DNA of 64,000 nt, taken from Ignavibacteriota bacterium. Lineage in GTDB: Bacteria > Bacteroidota > Ignavibacteria > UBA10030 > UBA6906. This document shows, one piece after another, positions 49,655-59,381 of this stretch. A program made the position numbers and the translations under genes. Every line of letters begins with the position of its first letter. Within the stretch, counting starts at the first letter, position 1. The notes beneath the pieces were generated by a model, which was not told where the DNA came from, ran no database searches, and worked only from the letters and a program-made list of their open reading frames with translations. Location of the stretch: the NCBI GenBank assembly GCA_963801355.1, contig CAWDEM010000008.1, positions 1,824,001 through 1,888,000 on the forward strand, in the 5' to 3' direction.

Positions 49655-52321
49655 CTACCGCTTCTCCTCAAGGCGCCCGTATATGTACTGACACGCAGTG
49701 TCGGTGCACCTTGAGAGCCGGAACTGCCCACCCGTGATGACGCTCTGGATCTTGTGAAGTGTCACTGGTTCGCCATCGATCACGAAAGCCACCTTCCCGC
49801 CAAGGTGCTCGCGTGTCAGTTTCTCCAACTTGCTCGACGCTTCGGACGTCAGTTCCAACCGCAACTCGGGGAAGCCGTTCTCCCCTTTGATCTGCAGCTC
49901 TGGGGTCCTGGCCAGAATGAGCGGCACATCGGCTGTTTTCGATAACAGCAGGTACCGGGGCTCGCCACGCTCGGTATCCCGCAGGAACTTGCAGTCGTAG
50001 TGCACGACCTGCTGCCCGGGGCTTGCGGCAGGAAGCGCAGCTGCGCTATCTTCCACCGCCAAGACTAGGTAGAAGCCGGTCTGGCGCATGTCGGCCTCTT
50101 CGTATCTATCCCCTCTGGCCAGTTGTCGATATAGGGCAGGATCGTACTCTTCCAGACCAGCGATGCTGTACAGATGATTGGCCGAAATCCAGGGCAGCCA
50201 GAACCGGTGGCCTCCGACACCGCGCCCGGGCCCACCCGGCCCCATGCGCCAACCCTCTTGTTGCCATCCGATGCCTTTCATGTCGTACTGGCGTCCCGGA
50301 AGAGCGACCATGGATTTGGTGTCGTGCAACAGTACCCGTGCGACATCGAGGTAATGCTGGTCCTTTGTGTAGCTATACAGCTTCGCATACGAGGGCACGG
50401 CCCAATCCAGGTACTCATCCACGCTGCCTGCAACGCGGGTCGTTATTCCCTGAACTCCGACGGTCGGCACGCCTTTCTTCCAGTGGAGATGCGCGTCCTC
50501 CGCATCGAGCGGCATCGGCAGGTTCCAGATCCAGATCCAGCTTTCGGCGAAGTCCGCTGCCGCTTTTGCACGTTCCAACCATTTGATCTCCTTGATTGAG
50601 TCATAGAGACTCAGATAGGCCTCCATGCTCAGCATTCCGGCTTCTTTGTCGGTGATGTTCGGATTGTCGCTGGCCCCGCCGACGAAGAGCCCTCGGGTTC
50701 CCCAGTTCGCCCAAACGTATTCTGCTGCACGGACGGCCGCCTGCCGATACTTGGGATCGCCCGTCTCCTCGGTCATCATGACGAGCAGTGGCACGGGACA
50801 GTAGCTCGTCGTTCCTGTCGACTCCGCGACCTCGCTGCTCCCGGGTTTCCATCGTCGAGGAAAAGATCCATCCTCCCTTTGCTGCACGATCAGCCAGTCG
50901 ACATACGACTTGACCCAGCTGAACCATTCTGGATGCTGGCGACCGAGGGCGTGCTCACGTCGATACGTCCGCATCAGCACGCGCATGTCTTCGGTTGCGT
51001 TCCGCAGCCAGGGGGCGAGCCAAATGTGGTCCCAAGGCTTTCCAGTGGCAAGATCGTAGCCTGTCGCCTGAAGCGGCACTGTTGGAAGGGCCTGGATCAT
51101 GGATGAAATAATCGCCAGCCCGATCCTGCGCATGTTCTGCCCACGGCCGGTACTGTCATGATCGCCTTCGCGCAACAACTGGTCCGCACACTCGATGTTT
51201 TTGCTTACGAAGCCCATCGCTGCCATCGTCCAATTCCACTGCGGGTGGTTCGTATCAAATGTCGCAACCGCAAATGGAATGGCGGTGCGCCCGTCAATAG
51301 TGGCGGCCTGCGCGGCTAGGTGGTCCGTCAGAACGCGACGGATCTGCTCGACGTCGATAGTGGTGATCGCGGGTTTCAACGTGCTCCACGCCCATCGCCA
51401 GGTGTTTCGAGTGACGTCTCGAAACGACTCGTTGAGACCGAATCGAACATCCACCTCGTAACTGTGGGCGACTCCATCAGAGATCGGATGGAAGCGTCGG
51501 ATCCATCGTGGTTGCATCGGTGCGTTGGGACCGAAGGCGTACATACTCATTGTCCCGGGAAAGTGGAAACCGAACTCGATTGGACTCTCGTCTGCCTGCC
51601 ACGCCCCGAATGCGCCGAATTGAAATCTCCCATCGATCATCACATCGCTCGAAAGCTTCGTCTCTTCGACGGTCGATTCGCCTCGCGGTGAAGGATCCAG
51701 TAGAGCCACCGAGGAGCCGTTGCTGAAAGAGAGCGCAAACAAGGGAGCCGGGAGAATATCTTCGCGCATGAGGAATCGCCGCGCGGCGTAGTTCATTGTT
51801 CCGCCGGGAGAGCGGTCGCCATTGTACGCAACGTCACCGTACAACGCACCTGGAGCCAGGCAATTTACGTCAACCCAGCGCACGGAAGGATCGACCGCAA
51901 GCACGACAGACGAATTGAAACCACCTGGAGCATTCCCCACCACATCCACCGTCCGCCGCACCGAAACCACCGCTCCGGCCACGCTCCACTGGTCGTTCAC
52001 ACGAAACACAACATTGTCGCCGTATGCGATTTCGGCGCGTGCATCGAAACCCGAGGCTGACTGCTGAACTGCTGTGTATCCGGCTGCAAGCTCGCGGATA
52101 TCCTCTTCGGTCCGAAAGACCTCGATCTGTGCAGGCTTCAGTTGCGCCATTCGGGGAGCGATGCCATCAGACATTTGGATACCCCACTCCCCTCCTGCAG
52201 CACGGACGAACGAGACCGTTGCCCCGGTCTGCAATCTTCCAAGTTCCACCCGATCGCCTTGTTGCGCGAAGACCGCCGAGGCTGTCAGACATAACTCAAG
52301 TATCACGCATTTGCCCAACAT
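49655..52321 (-). CDS. Uncharacterised secreted protein, probable (alpha/alpha)-barrel, with C-terminal SecDF P1-head-like domain
   Basis: Signal peptide. Helical repeats QQREDGSF, TGDPKYRQAAVRAAEY, KWLERAKAAADF. Tail LELTSEASSKLEKLTREHLGGKVAFVIDGEPV...IQSVITGG. Confidence 0.65.
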   Translation of the reverse strand: MLGKCVILELCLTASAVFAQQGDRVELGRLQTGATVSFVRAAGGEWGIQMSDGIAPRMAQLKPAQIEVFRTEEDIRELAAGYTAVQQSASGFDARAEIAYGDNVVFRVNDQWSVAGAVVSVRRTVDVVGNAPGGFNSSVVLAVDPSVRWVDVNCLAPGALYGDVAYNGDRSPGGTMNYAARRFLMREDILPAPLFALSFSNGSSVALLDPSPRGESTVEETKLSSDVMIDGRFQFGAFGAWQADESPIEFGFHFPGTMSMYAFGPNAPMQPRWIRRFHPISDGVAHSYEVDVRFGLNESFRDVTRNTWRWAWSTLKPAITTIDVEQIRRVLTDHLAAQAATIDGRTAIPFAVATFDTNHPQWNWTMAAMGFVSKNIECADQLLREGDHDSTGRGQNMRRIGLAIISSMIQALPTVPLQATGYDLATGKPWDHIWLAPWLRNATEDMRVLMRTYRREHALGRQHPEWFSWVKSYVDWLIVQQREDGSFPRRWKPGSSEVAESTGTTSYCPVPLLVMMTEETGDPKYRQAAVRAAEYVWANWGTRGLFVGGASDNPNITDKEAGMLSMEAYLSLYDSIKEIKWLERAKAAADFAESWIWIWNLPMPLDAEDAHLHWKKGVPTVGVQGITTRVAGSVDEYLDWAVPSYAKLYSYTKDQHYLDVARVLLHDTKSMVALPGRQYDMKGIGWQQEGWRMGPGGPGRGVGGHRFWLPWISANHLYSIAGLEEYDPALYRQLARGDRYEEADMRQTGFYLVLAVEDSAAALPAASPGQQVVHYDCKFLRDTERGEPRYLLLSKTADVPLILARTPELQIKGENGFPELRLELTSEASSKLEKLTREHLGGKVAFVIDGEPVTLHKIQSVITGGQFRLSRCTDTACQYIYGRLEEKR

Positions 52322-52350
52322 CCAGTATTCCTGCTCTATCAAGTTGAAGT

Positions 52351-54942
52351 CTATTGAACCATGATCCTTGTCTGCTTCAAGTCTTTTGTATCGGAACTGT
52401 TCCCGTACCACACCTCGTAGTCGCCCGCAGTCAGAGACATCTTGCCGCTGCCCCTGTCGTAAAACTCAAACGCGGTATGAGGAAGGTTGACAGTTGCCTG
52501 TCGGGTCTTGCCGGCAGCAACGTCGACCCGCTGAAAGCCCCGCAAGGTTTTCAACGGCCCGTCGGCGTCGTTCACCTTGCGGACATACACCTGAACGATT
52601 TCCGTGCCGTTGCGTTTGCCCGTATTTGTTACAGGTATTGTAAGCTGAACGCTTTCGTCTTTCTTGATCGCAGTTTTGCTGATTGTGGCGTTGCCGATCG
52701 AGAAGGTCGTATAGCTCAACCCGAATCCAAACGGAAAAAGGGGATCGGACATGAATCGGTACGTTCGCCCTATCATGGAATAATTCTCGAAATCGGGCAA
52801 CTGCTGCATGTTCTTGTAGAAAGTGATGGGCAACTTCCCCGATGGGTTATAGTCGCCAAAGAGCACGTCTGCGATTGCCTGACCGCCGGATTCTCCGGCA
52901 TACCAGGCCTGAAGAATGGCATCGCAACTTTCCGTTTCCGGCACCAATCCGATCGCCGAGCCCGAGCAATTGATGAAGACGACCTTCTTTCCGGCCTGTT
53001 TGAGCGCTTTGAGGCAATTGCGCTGCACTTCCGGAAGTTCAATGTCGGTACGGTCGCCCCCCTTGAAACCAGGCAGCTGGATTGGCATTTCTTCCCCTTC
53101 CAATTGGGCAGAGATGCCGCCCGCAAACACAACCACATCAACACCTTTCAGCTTCTCGATCAGGGCATCGTACTGGACAGGCACTTCCTTACCAAAATTC
53201 ATGCTAAGACTGGCCGTCCAGTTTTCGATCTGTCTGAAATGGGCTTCGATCTTGTATTCTTTCCCTTTTTCAACTTTGTATGCAACACGCTTCGGAAGCG
53301 GTCTCCACATATAGATTCTGGTGAGCGTGTCACCATTCACGGTCAGCACAAATCCTCCACAGGCCTCCAGTTTGAATGCGATTTCACCCGATTGCGAAGG
53401 TTTGAAGATCGTCTCGTATTTGGCGGAGAAATTCTCCAGATGAACGCCCGTGCTGAATTCATGCTGTCCGAACGTGGTGAGCTTGATCGGATGAACGATC
53501 TGTTCGGTGACGGCAATTTCGCCCTTGGATTCACGGTTGTTCCAATACGTCGCCTTAATACCTGGCTTGCCTTCAATGGAACATTCACCAATCGCGCTGA
53601 CAGTGACCATATTATCCGCTAAGTCACACCCTTTGTCGTAGACAATCTTGGTGGTAGGGAGTTTGGTTTCTATGCCTTCGAGAATGGTAATGGTCTTGAA
53701 GGGTGTGCCATTGTAGTTCCCCCACATCAGAGCCTGATCGTCAGCGTTTGCTCCTATGACTGCGATTCTATTCACCGACTTGGACAGAGGTAGGATTTTG
53801 TTCTTGTTGTGCAGGAGGGTCATTGACTCACGGGCCATCTCGAGAGCCAGTTTCTTGTGTTCCTCACAATTGACCACCGACAAGGGGATCTTCGACCAGG
53901 GAACCAAAGCGTCATCGTCCATCTCTCCGAGATCCAAACGACCAGCCAACACACGCAACAGATGCCTGTCAATTTCCTGTTGAGTAATCAGGCCCCGCGT
54001 GACGGCATTAGGCAATTCCTTAAACGCATAGTCATATCCACACTCGACATCGGTTCCCGCCAATACACCTTTGGCAGCGGCATGGGTCGCATCGGACGAG
54101 ACCTTGTGGCTCTGATAGAAATCGGATATTGCACCACAATCGGAAACAACCAGGTACCTGAAGCCCCAGTCGTCGCGGAGGATACTCTGTAGCAAGCGTG
54201 TACTGCCACAGCAAGGCTCATCGTCCAAACGCTGATATGCACACATGATCTCACGGACATCAGCCTCCTTGACCAGCGATTTGAATGCAGGAAGATAGGT
54301 CTCGTACAAATCACGTGGATCCACATTGTTGAGGTTCAGCGTATGGCGGCTCGACTCCGGACCCGAATGCACAGCATAGTGCTTGCCACAAGCGAGAAGT
54401 TTCCGGTATTTGGCGTCGGAAGGACCCTGGAGTCCCTTCACAACAGAAACGCCCATGCGCGATGTCAGATAGGGATCTTCACCGTAGGTCTCCTGACCTC
54501 TTCCCCAACGCGGATCACGGAAAATATTCACATTGGGCGTCCACACTGATAGGCTCAAGAAACGTTTGTTCTCTTGTCCTCTTCGTCTTGCCTCGTTGTA
54601 CTTGGCGCGAGTTTCGTCCGAAACAGCGTTGAAAATACGATACACCAGTGCGTCGTCGAACGAGGCAGCCATGCCAATCGGTTCCGGGAACACAGTAACA
54701 CTATCGGTATTGGCAAGACCGTGAAGCGCTTCGCTCCACCAATTGAACTTCTTAATGTCCAGGCGCGCAATGGCATCTGATTCATCGCACATCAAGGCCG
54801 CTTTTTCACTTAGTGTTAAACGGGCCACCAGGTCTTTGGCCCGCTCTTCGGAACTCAAGCTGGGGTTTTGATATGGCAGTGTCTGTGCCCACAAGCCCGT
54901 GGAGACTGAAACGCTCAAGACAAACAATAGTACCCTCTTCAT
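52351..54942 (-). CDS. GH3 beta-xylosidase (Xyl3A-like) with PA14 and Fn3-like domains
   Basis: WWSEALHG, RDPRWGRGQETYGEDP, KHYAVHSGPE, VVSDCGA, LEGEEM, PFGFGLSYT. Confidence 0.95.
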   Translation of the reverse strand: MKRVLLFVLSVSVSTGLWAQTLPYQNPSLSSEERAKDLVARLTLSEKAALMCDESDAIARLDIKKFNWWSEALHGLANTDSVTVFPEPIGMAASFDDALVYRIFNAVSDETRAKYNEARRRGQENKRFLSLSVWTPNVNIFRDPRWGRGQETYGEDPYLTSRMGVSVVKGLQGPSDAKYRKLLACGKHYAVHSGPESSRHTLNLNNVDPRDLYETYLPAFKSLVKEADVREIMCAYQRLDDEPCCGSTRLLQSILRDDWGFRYLVVSDCGAISDFYQSHKVSSDATHAAAKGVLAGTDVECGYDYAFKELPNAVTRGLITQQEIDRHLLRVLAGRLDLGEMDDDALVPWSKIPLSVVNCEEHKKLALEMARESMTLLHNKNKILPLSKSVNRIAVIGANADDQALMWGNYNGTPFKTITILEGIETKLPTTKIVYDKGCDLADNMVTVSAIGECSIEGKPGIKATYWNNRESKGEIAVTEQIVHPIKLTTFGQHEFSTGVHLENFSAKYETIFKPSQSGEIAFKLEACGGFVLTVNGDTLTRIYMWRPLPKRVAYKVEKGKEYKIEAHFRQIENWTASLSMNFGKEVPVQYDALIEKLKGVDVVVFAGGISAQLEGEEMPIQLPGFKGGDRTDIELPEVQRNCLKALKQAGKKVVFINCSGSAIGLVPETESCDAILQAWYAGESGGQAIADVLFGDYNPSGKLPITFYKNMQQLPDFENYSMIGRTYRFMSDPLFPFGFGLSYTTFSIGNATISKTAIKKDESVQLTIPVTNTGKRNGTEIVQVYVRKVNDADGPLKTLRGFQRVDVAAGKTRQATVNLPHTAFEFYDRGSGKMSLTAGDYEVWYGNSSDTKDLKQTRIMVQ

Positions 54943-55082
54943 AGTACACCTATTGATGAATTTTTCGGGGTTGATTTCGGTCCGTTGTTTGAAGGTGCGC
55001 GTCCGGCGACGCTTGCCATTGATGCTGGGGTATCATTCCTGGCGTCTTGGCAGCGGTCAGAGCATCCCTCGCATCGATGCCT

Positions 55083-55280
55083 TCACTTGGTTTCACATAC
55101 CCTCAGCAACCTGGCACCATGGTTCCTCACATCCAGGGATATCACATCCTTGAATTTGCCGATATCCTTCTTTGCCCAGAGGTCACGAACGTCGCATGTC
55201 CCCTCCAATCCAAGTTTTTCTGGCTTCAACGATATCCTGACTGAATCCCCCGGGGGAGACTGTTTTCTCGTCATGGTCAC
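55083..55280 (-). pseudogene. Deletion scar: GH51-like start fused to GH27 C-terminus
   Basis: RBS plus MTRKQ resembles the GH51 start at 6154 (ATGACGAGAAAACA vs ATGACCAGAAAACA). The rest, ISLKPEKLG...VRDLWAKK...VRNHGARLLRV, matches the end of GH27 2772-4586. Confidence 0.8.
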
Positions 55281-55419
55281 TACTCCCGATAACCGCCAGA
55301 TATGCGGTCCATTTTTCCTGACCCGCCGGCATCTGCCGGCGATAGTGCATCATCGTTGCTACGTACAGAGTTGGTGCAACTGATCCAGTGAGCTTCTACT
55401 CGATTGCCAAAGGAATCAA

Positions 55420-56769
55420 CTATTCGAAGCGAATCCAGTCTACTTCAACTTTGCCGCCATTGCTGAGCACCACAATTAGGTTGTGAATTCCCGGGCGAAA
55501 TCCTGTTACCGGTGAGTTGATGACGCCCCATCCGTTGCCTCTGGGAATCTCCACCCGGGCTGCCAGGGGGCCATCAACTTCGTCAAGCCGCACCTCCAGA
55601 GTACCCCCCGTTTCCGATGAGGCCCGTGCGCGGACGATACCGAATTTGTGGTTTCCGAAATCGACACTGTTGCACTGCATCCATGCATGTGCGGTATCGA
55701 GGATGGCTTTCCAGCCTTCAAATCTCTCGAGTGTGTCGAGAAAGTCTATTGACGCGCCGTAAACACTCTTGCGGCTGTATCTGTCGATCTGAATGTTCTT
55801 CGAAGCATCTGTCAACCCGACACCACGCAGTGTGGGAACGACTTTCCTAATTGTGCCATCGTCGTTGAAGAACAGACTATCAACTCTTACGGATCTGTTC
55901 TTGTCAAAATGCGGAGAGAGATCATTATGATGGTAGAAGAGGTACCATTGATTCCTGAACTCGATAATCGAGTGTTGATTGGTCCAGCAGCCCGTCGGGG
56001 ATTCATCCATTATCACTCCGGCGATCTTGAAGGGCCCCATGGGATTGTCAGCAACCGCGTATTCGAGTCTTTCTGTGCTGTCCTGTACATGCGGATAGGT
56101 CATGTAGTAGATGCCCTTCCGCTCAGACAGATATGGACCTTCCTTGAGGCCCTTTTCGGGCAGACCCTGGATTACCTGCGGATCACCATCAATTTCCAGC
56201 ATATTCTCCTTCAACTTCGCGGCATAGATGTTTCTCGCTGCCCAATACAAATACACCTGCCCATCCTTGTCGATGAACGGATTGGGGTCGATTCCATGAA
56301 CATTCTTCATGGGCTCCGCCTGCGCAACAAATGGTCCGTAGGGTCTGTCTGAGACAGCAACGCCAACGCGGAAACCTCTTCCATAAGAAGTATCCTTCGC
56401 CGGGGCCGGGAAGTAGAAGAAATACTTGCCGTTTCTCCAGACAGCATCCGGAGCCCACAGGCTGTAGGCTTTGGGATGCGCCCAGGGGATTTTCTCCTGG
56501 CTGAGAATAACGCCATGGTCAGTCCAGTCGACTAAATCGACGGAGGAGAAGACATGATAGTCCTCCATACAGAACCAGCCGACACGGCCCCACCCTTCGG
56601 CAGCAAGAATGTCATGCGAAGGATAGAGATAAACTCTGCCTTCAAATACCCGTGCAGAGGGATCTGCTGTGAACTGATCCGTGATGATCGGATTCTGGCC
56701 GAACACGGTCCCTGTGACAGCTGCTGTCAGAACAACGAGTCTGAACGGCCAATGACGACAGTCTCCCAT
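55420..56769 (-). CDS. GH43 with CBM6 (paralog of 7960-9303)
   Basis: TADPSARVF, LWAPDA, IDPNPF, LKEGPY, VDFG...VDWIRF. Start uncertain. Confidence 0.92.
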   Translation of the reverse strand: MGDCRHWPFRLVVLTAAVTGTVFGQNPIITDQFTADPSARVFEGRVYLYPSHDILAAEGWGRVGWFCMEDYHVFSSVDLVDWTDHGVILSQEKIPWAHPKAYSLWAPDAVWRNGKYFFYFPAPAKDTSYGRGFRVGVAVSDRPYGPFVAQAEPMKNVHGIDPNPFIDKDGQVYLYWAARNIYAAKLKENMLEIDGDPQVIQGLPEKGLKEGPYLSERKGIYYMTYPHVQDSTERLEYAVADNPMGPFKIAGVIMDESPTGCWTNQHSIIEFRNQWYLFYHHNDLSPHFDKNRSVRVDSLFFNDDGTIRKVVPTLRGVGLTDASKNIQIDRYSRKSVYGASIDFLDTLERFEGWKAILDTAHAWMQCNSVDFGNHKFGIVRARASSETGGTLEVRLDEVDGPLAARVEIPRGNGWGVINSPVTGFRPGIHNLIVVLSNGGKVEVDWIRFE

Positions 56770-56815
56770 AACCGTTGCCCCATCACATTGCCCAGTAGTG
56801 CTGTCGCTTTTCCAT

Positions 56816-59296
56816 CTACTCCGAAACAAAGGTGTATTCAACTCCCGGTGCGGCTTCGATATCATACAAGAAGGTATTCCTCACCTTCACCGTTTCGCTC
56901 CCGGCCTTCGGGGAAATCACTGGCCTCTTCGCTGGAGGCACCTGGTAGAAAGCATTGCTGTTCTCCCCTTTCGCCGAACGAAGCGCCACGTTACCTTCAG
57001 CTTTCAGGGGCGAGTATGAACGTAGACGGCAATTACCTCCAAGGACCGATTTGACTACCAGCCGGGCAATCTTTCCGTTTTTCCATTCCATCGTTTCGAT
57101 TTCAAATCCGCCGCGGGCACGAAGGCCGTTGACACTTCCCTCCTTCCAGACATCCGGCAATGCAGGGAGCACGAAGATTGCACCGTCGTTGCTTTGCATG
57201 AGCATTTCAGCGACGCCGGCAGTGAAGCCGAAATTCCCGTCAATTTGAAATGGAGGATGAGCATCAAACATGTTCGGATAGGTACCGCCGCCAGCAGAAT
57301 AGTCGATGTGCTCGTAATCCAGTTCTTCAACCAGTTTCACTTGGTCTTTGATGAGCGCATATGCATGATTGCCGTCCAGGAACCGGGCCCACAAATTGAT
57401 CTTCCAGTTCATCGACCAGCCGGTTGACGCATCACCCCGGAAGAGCAGCGACGTACGCGCAGCATGGAAAAGCTCAGGTGTCCGGAACGGAGAAATCTGA
57501 TTCGATGGATAGACCCCGTACAGGTGGGACACATGCCTGTGGTGGTCTTCGGGGTTGTCCCAATCCTCAATCCACTCCTGCAGTTGCCCGCGTTGACCAA
57601 TCTGCATCGGAGGGAGTCGTTTCAGAGTCTCATCCACTCGAGTGACAAAATCCTCGTCGACATCAAGTATCCTGGCTGCTCGTACCGTCTTTGTGAAAAG
57701 ATCGAAGAGCAGCTGATTGTCCATTGTCGTACCGGCGGAAATGGACGATTCGCCATGGGATGAGGGGCAATTCTCGGGAGAAACAGACGGACACACTACC
57801 AGCCAATCGTGACCGGGGTATGCGACCAGGAAGCTCAGAAAGAATTCAGCCGCACCCTTCATGACCGGGTAAACGGATGCAAGATACTTCTTGTCGCCGT
57901 TGTATTCGTATTTTTCCCAGAGATGTTGAGAAAGCCATGCGCCGCCCATTGGCCACATCCCCCAGAAAGAGCCATCTACCGGCCCGTTAATGCGCCAGAG
58001 GTCGGTATTGTGATGCAGCACCCAACCATGTACGCCATACATGACTCGTGCAGTCTCTGTTCCCGTTTCGGCAAGTTCCCGTATCATCTGCATCAACGGC
58101 TCATTCATCTCACTGAGGTTGGTGACCTCAGACGGCCAGTAGTTCATCTCGGTATTGATGTTGACCGTGTACTTGCTGTCCCACGGCGGATACAGTCGGT
58201 TGTTCCACAGCCCCTGTAGTGTTGCGGGTTGGCCGCCCGGCTGGGAACACGAGATGAGAAGATACCGACCGAACTGGAAGTACAGAGCGGCCAATTGCGG
58301 ATCGTTGCCCTCGGCAAACCGTGCAATGCGCACGTCGGTTGGATTCTGTACAGAATCCGTTGCTCCCAAATCGAGGCGTACCCGGTTGAAATACTTCTGA
58401 TATGCTGCAATGTGATCGCCCAGTGCCTGCTCGTAGTTCTTCTGCAAAGCAGATTGCAGATAGTGGGCTGCAGCGGCGCCGGCATCCGCACTGATGTCGG
58501 CATAGGTCTTGAAGCTGGACGCGAGAGAGACATATATGGTGGCCACATCTGCATTCACTACGGACAGTGCTGTATCGGCGGCCTGTATTACTCCGCCTTG
58601 AGCAAGAATCTTCACGACGGCGTGAAATCGCAGCTTGCCCTTTACCGAATCGCAGTCACCTGTGATGCCGGACATGACCAGTTCGTCATGCCCCTTTGTC
58701 GAAACAGTGACTGCAGCAGGCCTGCTCATCATCGCGGAAAAGCTGATCGAGCCGGGTCTCTCCGCAGCAATGCGTACAACGATGACCTGGTCGGGAAAGG
58801 AAGCAAACGCCTTGCTCTCATAGCGGACTCCGTCAACCTTGTAGCGAGCCGTTGCCACCGCCTTTTCGATATCGAGCTCCCGGTAATACTCGGTATAGCC
58901 TTCATGGGCCGGAAATGACAGAGTGAGCTCTCCAACTGTCTGGTACGGCATCCCGCTTGAAGTCCGACTGATGAATTCCTGGTTGACCAGATCCTGCGCC
59001 TCTTTGTACCTGCCAGCGAAGACGAGTCTTCTCACTTCCGGCAGTGCCGCTCTGGCATCAGGATTGTCATTGCGATTTGGCTGGCCGCCCCAAACGGTGA
59101 TTTCGTTCAGCTGAATTGTTTCCCTGCAGGGGTCTCCGTACACCATCGCCCCCAAGCGGCCGTTACCAACCGGCAAAGCTTCGACCCACTGTCTGGCAGG
59201 ATGGGTATACCAGAGTTTCAGCAAAGAATTACTATGGGCACTTGCACCATTGGCCATCGCAAGACTGAACACGAAGATCAGCAGTCTTCTTTTCAC
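56816..59296 (-). CDS. GH95 alpha-L-fucosidase/galactosidase (paralog of 9321-11786)
   Basis: Same GH95 motifs as the left copy. GTG start at 59296 after GGAG. Confidence 0.95.
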   Translation of the reverse strand: MKRRLLIFVFSLAMANGASAHSNSLLKLWYTHPARQWVEALPVGNGRLGAMVYGDPCRETIQLNEITVWGGQPNRNDNPDARAALPEVRRLVFAGRYKEAQDLVNQEFISRTSSGMPYQTVGELTLSFPAHEGYTEYYRELDIEKAVATARYKVDGVRYESKAFASFPDQVIVVRIAAERPGSISFSAMMSRPAAVTVSTKGHDELVMSGITGDCDSVKGKLRFHAVVKILAQGGVIQAADTALSVVNADVATIYVSLASSFKTYADISADAGAAAAHYLQSALQKNYEQALGDHIAAYQKYFNRVRLDLGATDSVQNPTDVRIARFAEGNDPQLAALYFQFGRYLLISCSQPGGQPATLQGLWNNRLYPPWDSKYTVNINTEMNYWPSEVTNLSEMNEPLMQMIRELAETGTETARVMYGVHGWVLHHNTDLWRINGPVDGSFWGMWPMGGAWLSQHLWEKYEYNGDKKYLASVYPVMKGAAEFFLSFLVAYPGHDWLVVCPSVSPENCPSSHGESSISAGTTMDNQLLFDLFTKTVRAARILDVDEDFVTRVDETLKRLPPMQIGQRGQLQEWIEDWDNPEDHHRHVSHLYGVYPSNQISPFRTPELFHAARTSLLFRGDASTGWSMNWKINLWARFLDGNHAYALIKDQVKLVEELDYEHIDYSAGGGTYPNMFDAHPPFQIDGNFGFTAGVAEMLMQSNDGAIFVLPALPDVWKEGSVNGLRARGGFEIETMEWKNGKIARLVVKSVLGGNCRLRSYSPLKAEGNVALRSAKGENSNAFYQVPPAKRPVISPKAGSETVKVRNTFLYDIEAAPGVEYTFVSE

Positions 59297-59381
59297 AAGT
59301 GCTCCCTTCCTTGGGATGAGATTCGCATGCACAGTGATCGTACGCCGTTCTGATATCATGCTGCCAGAGGGAAGGACTCCT

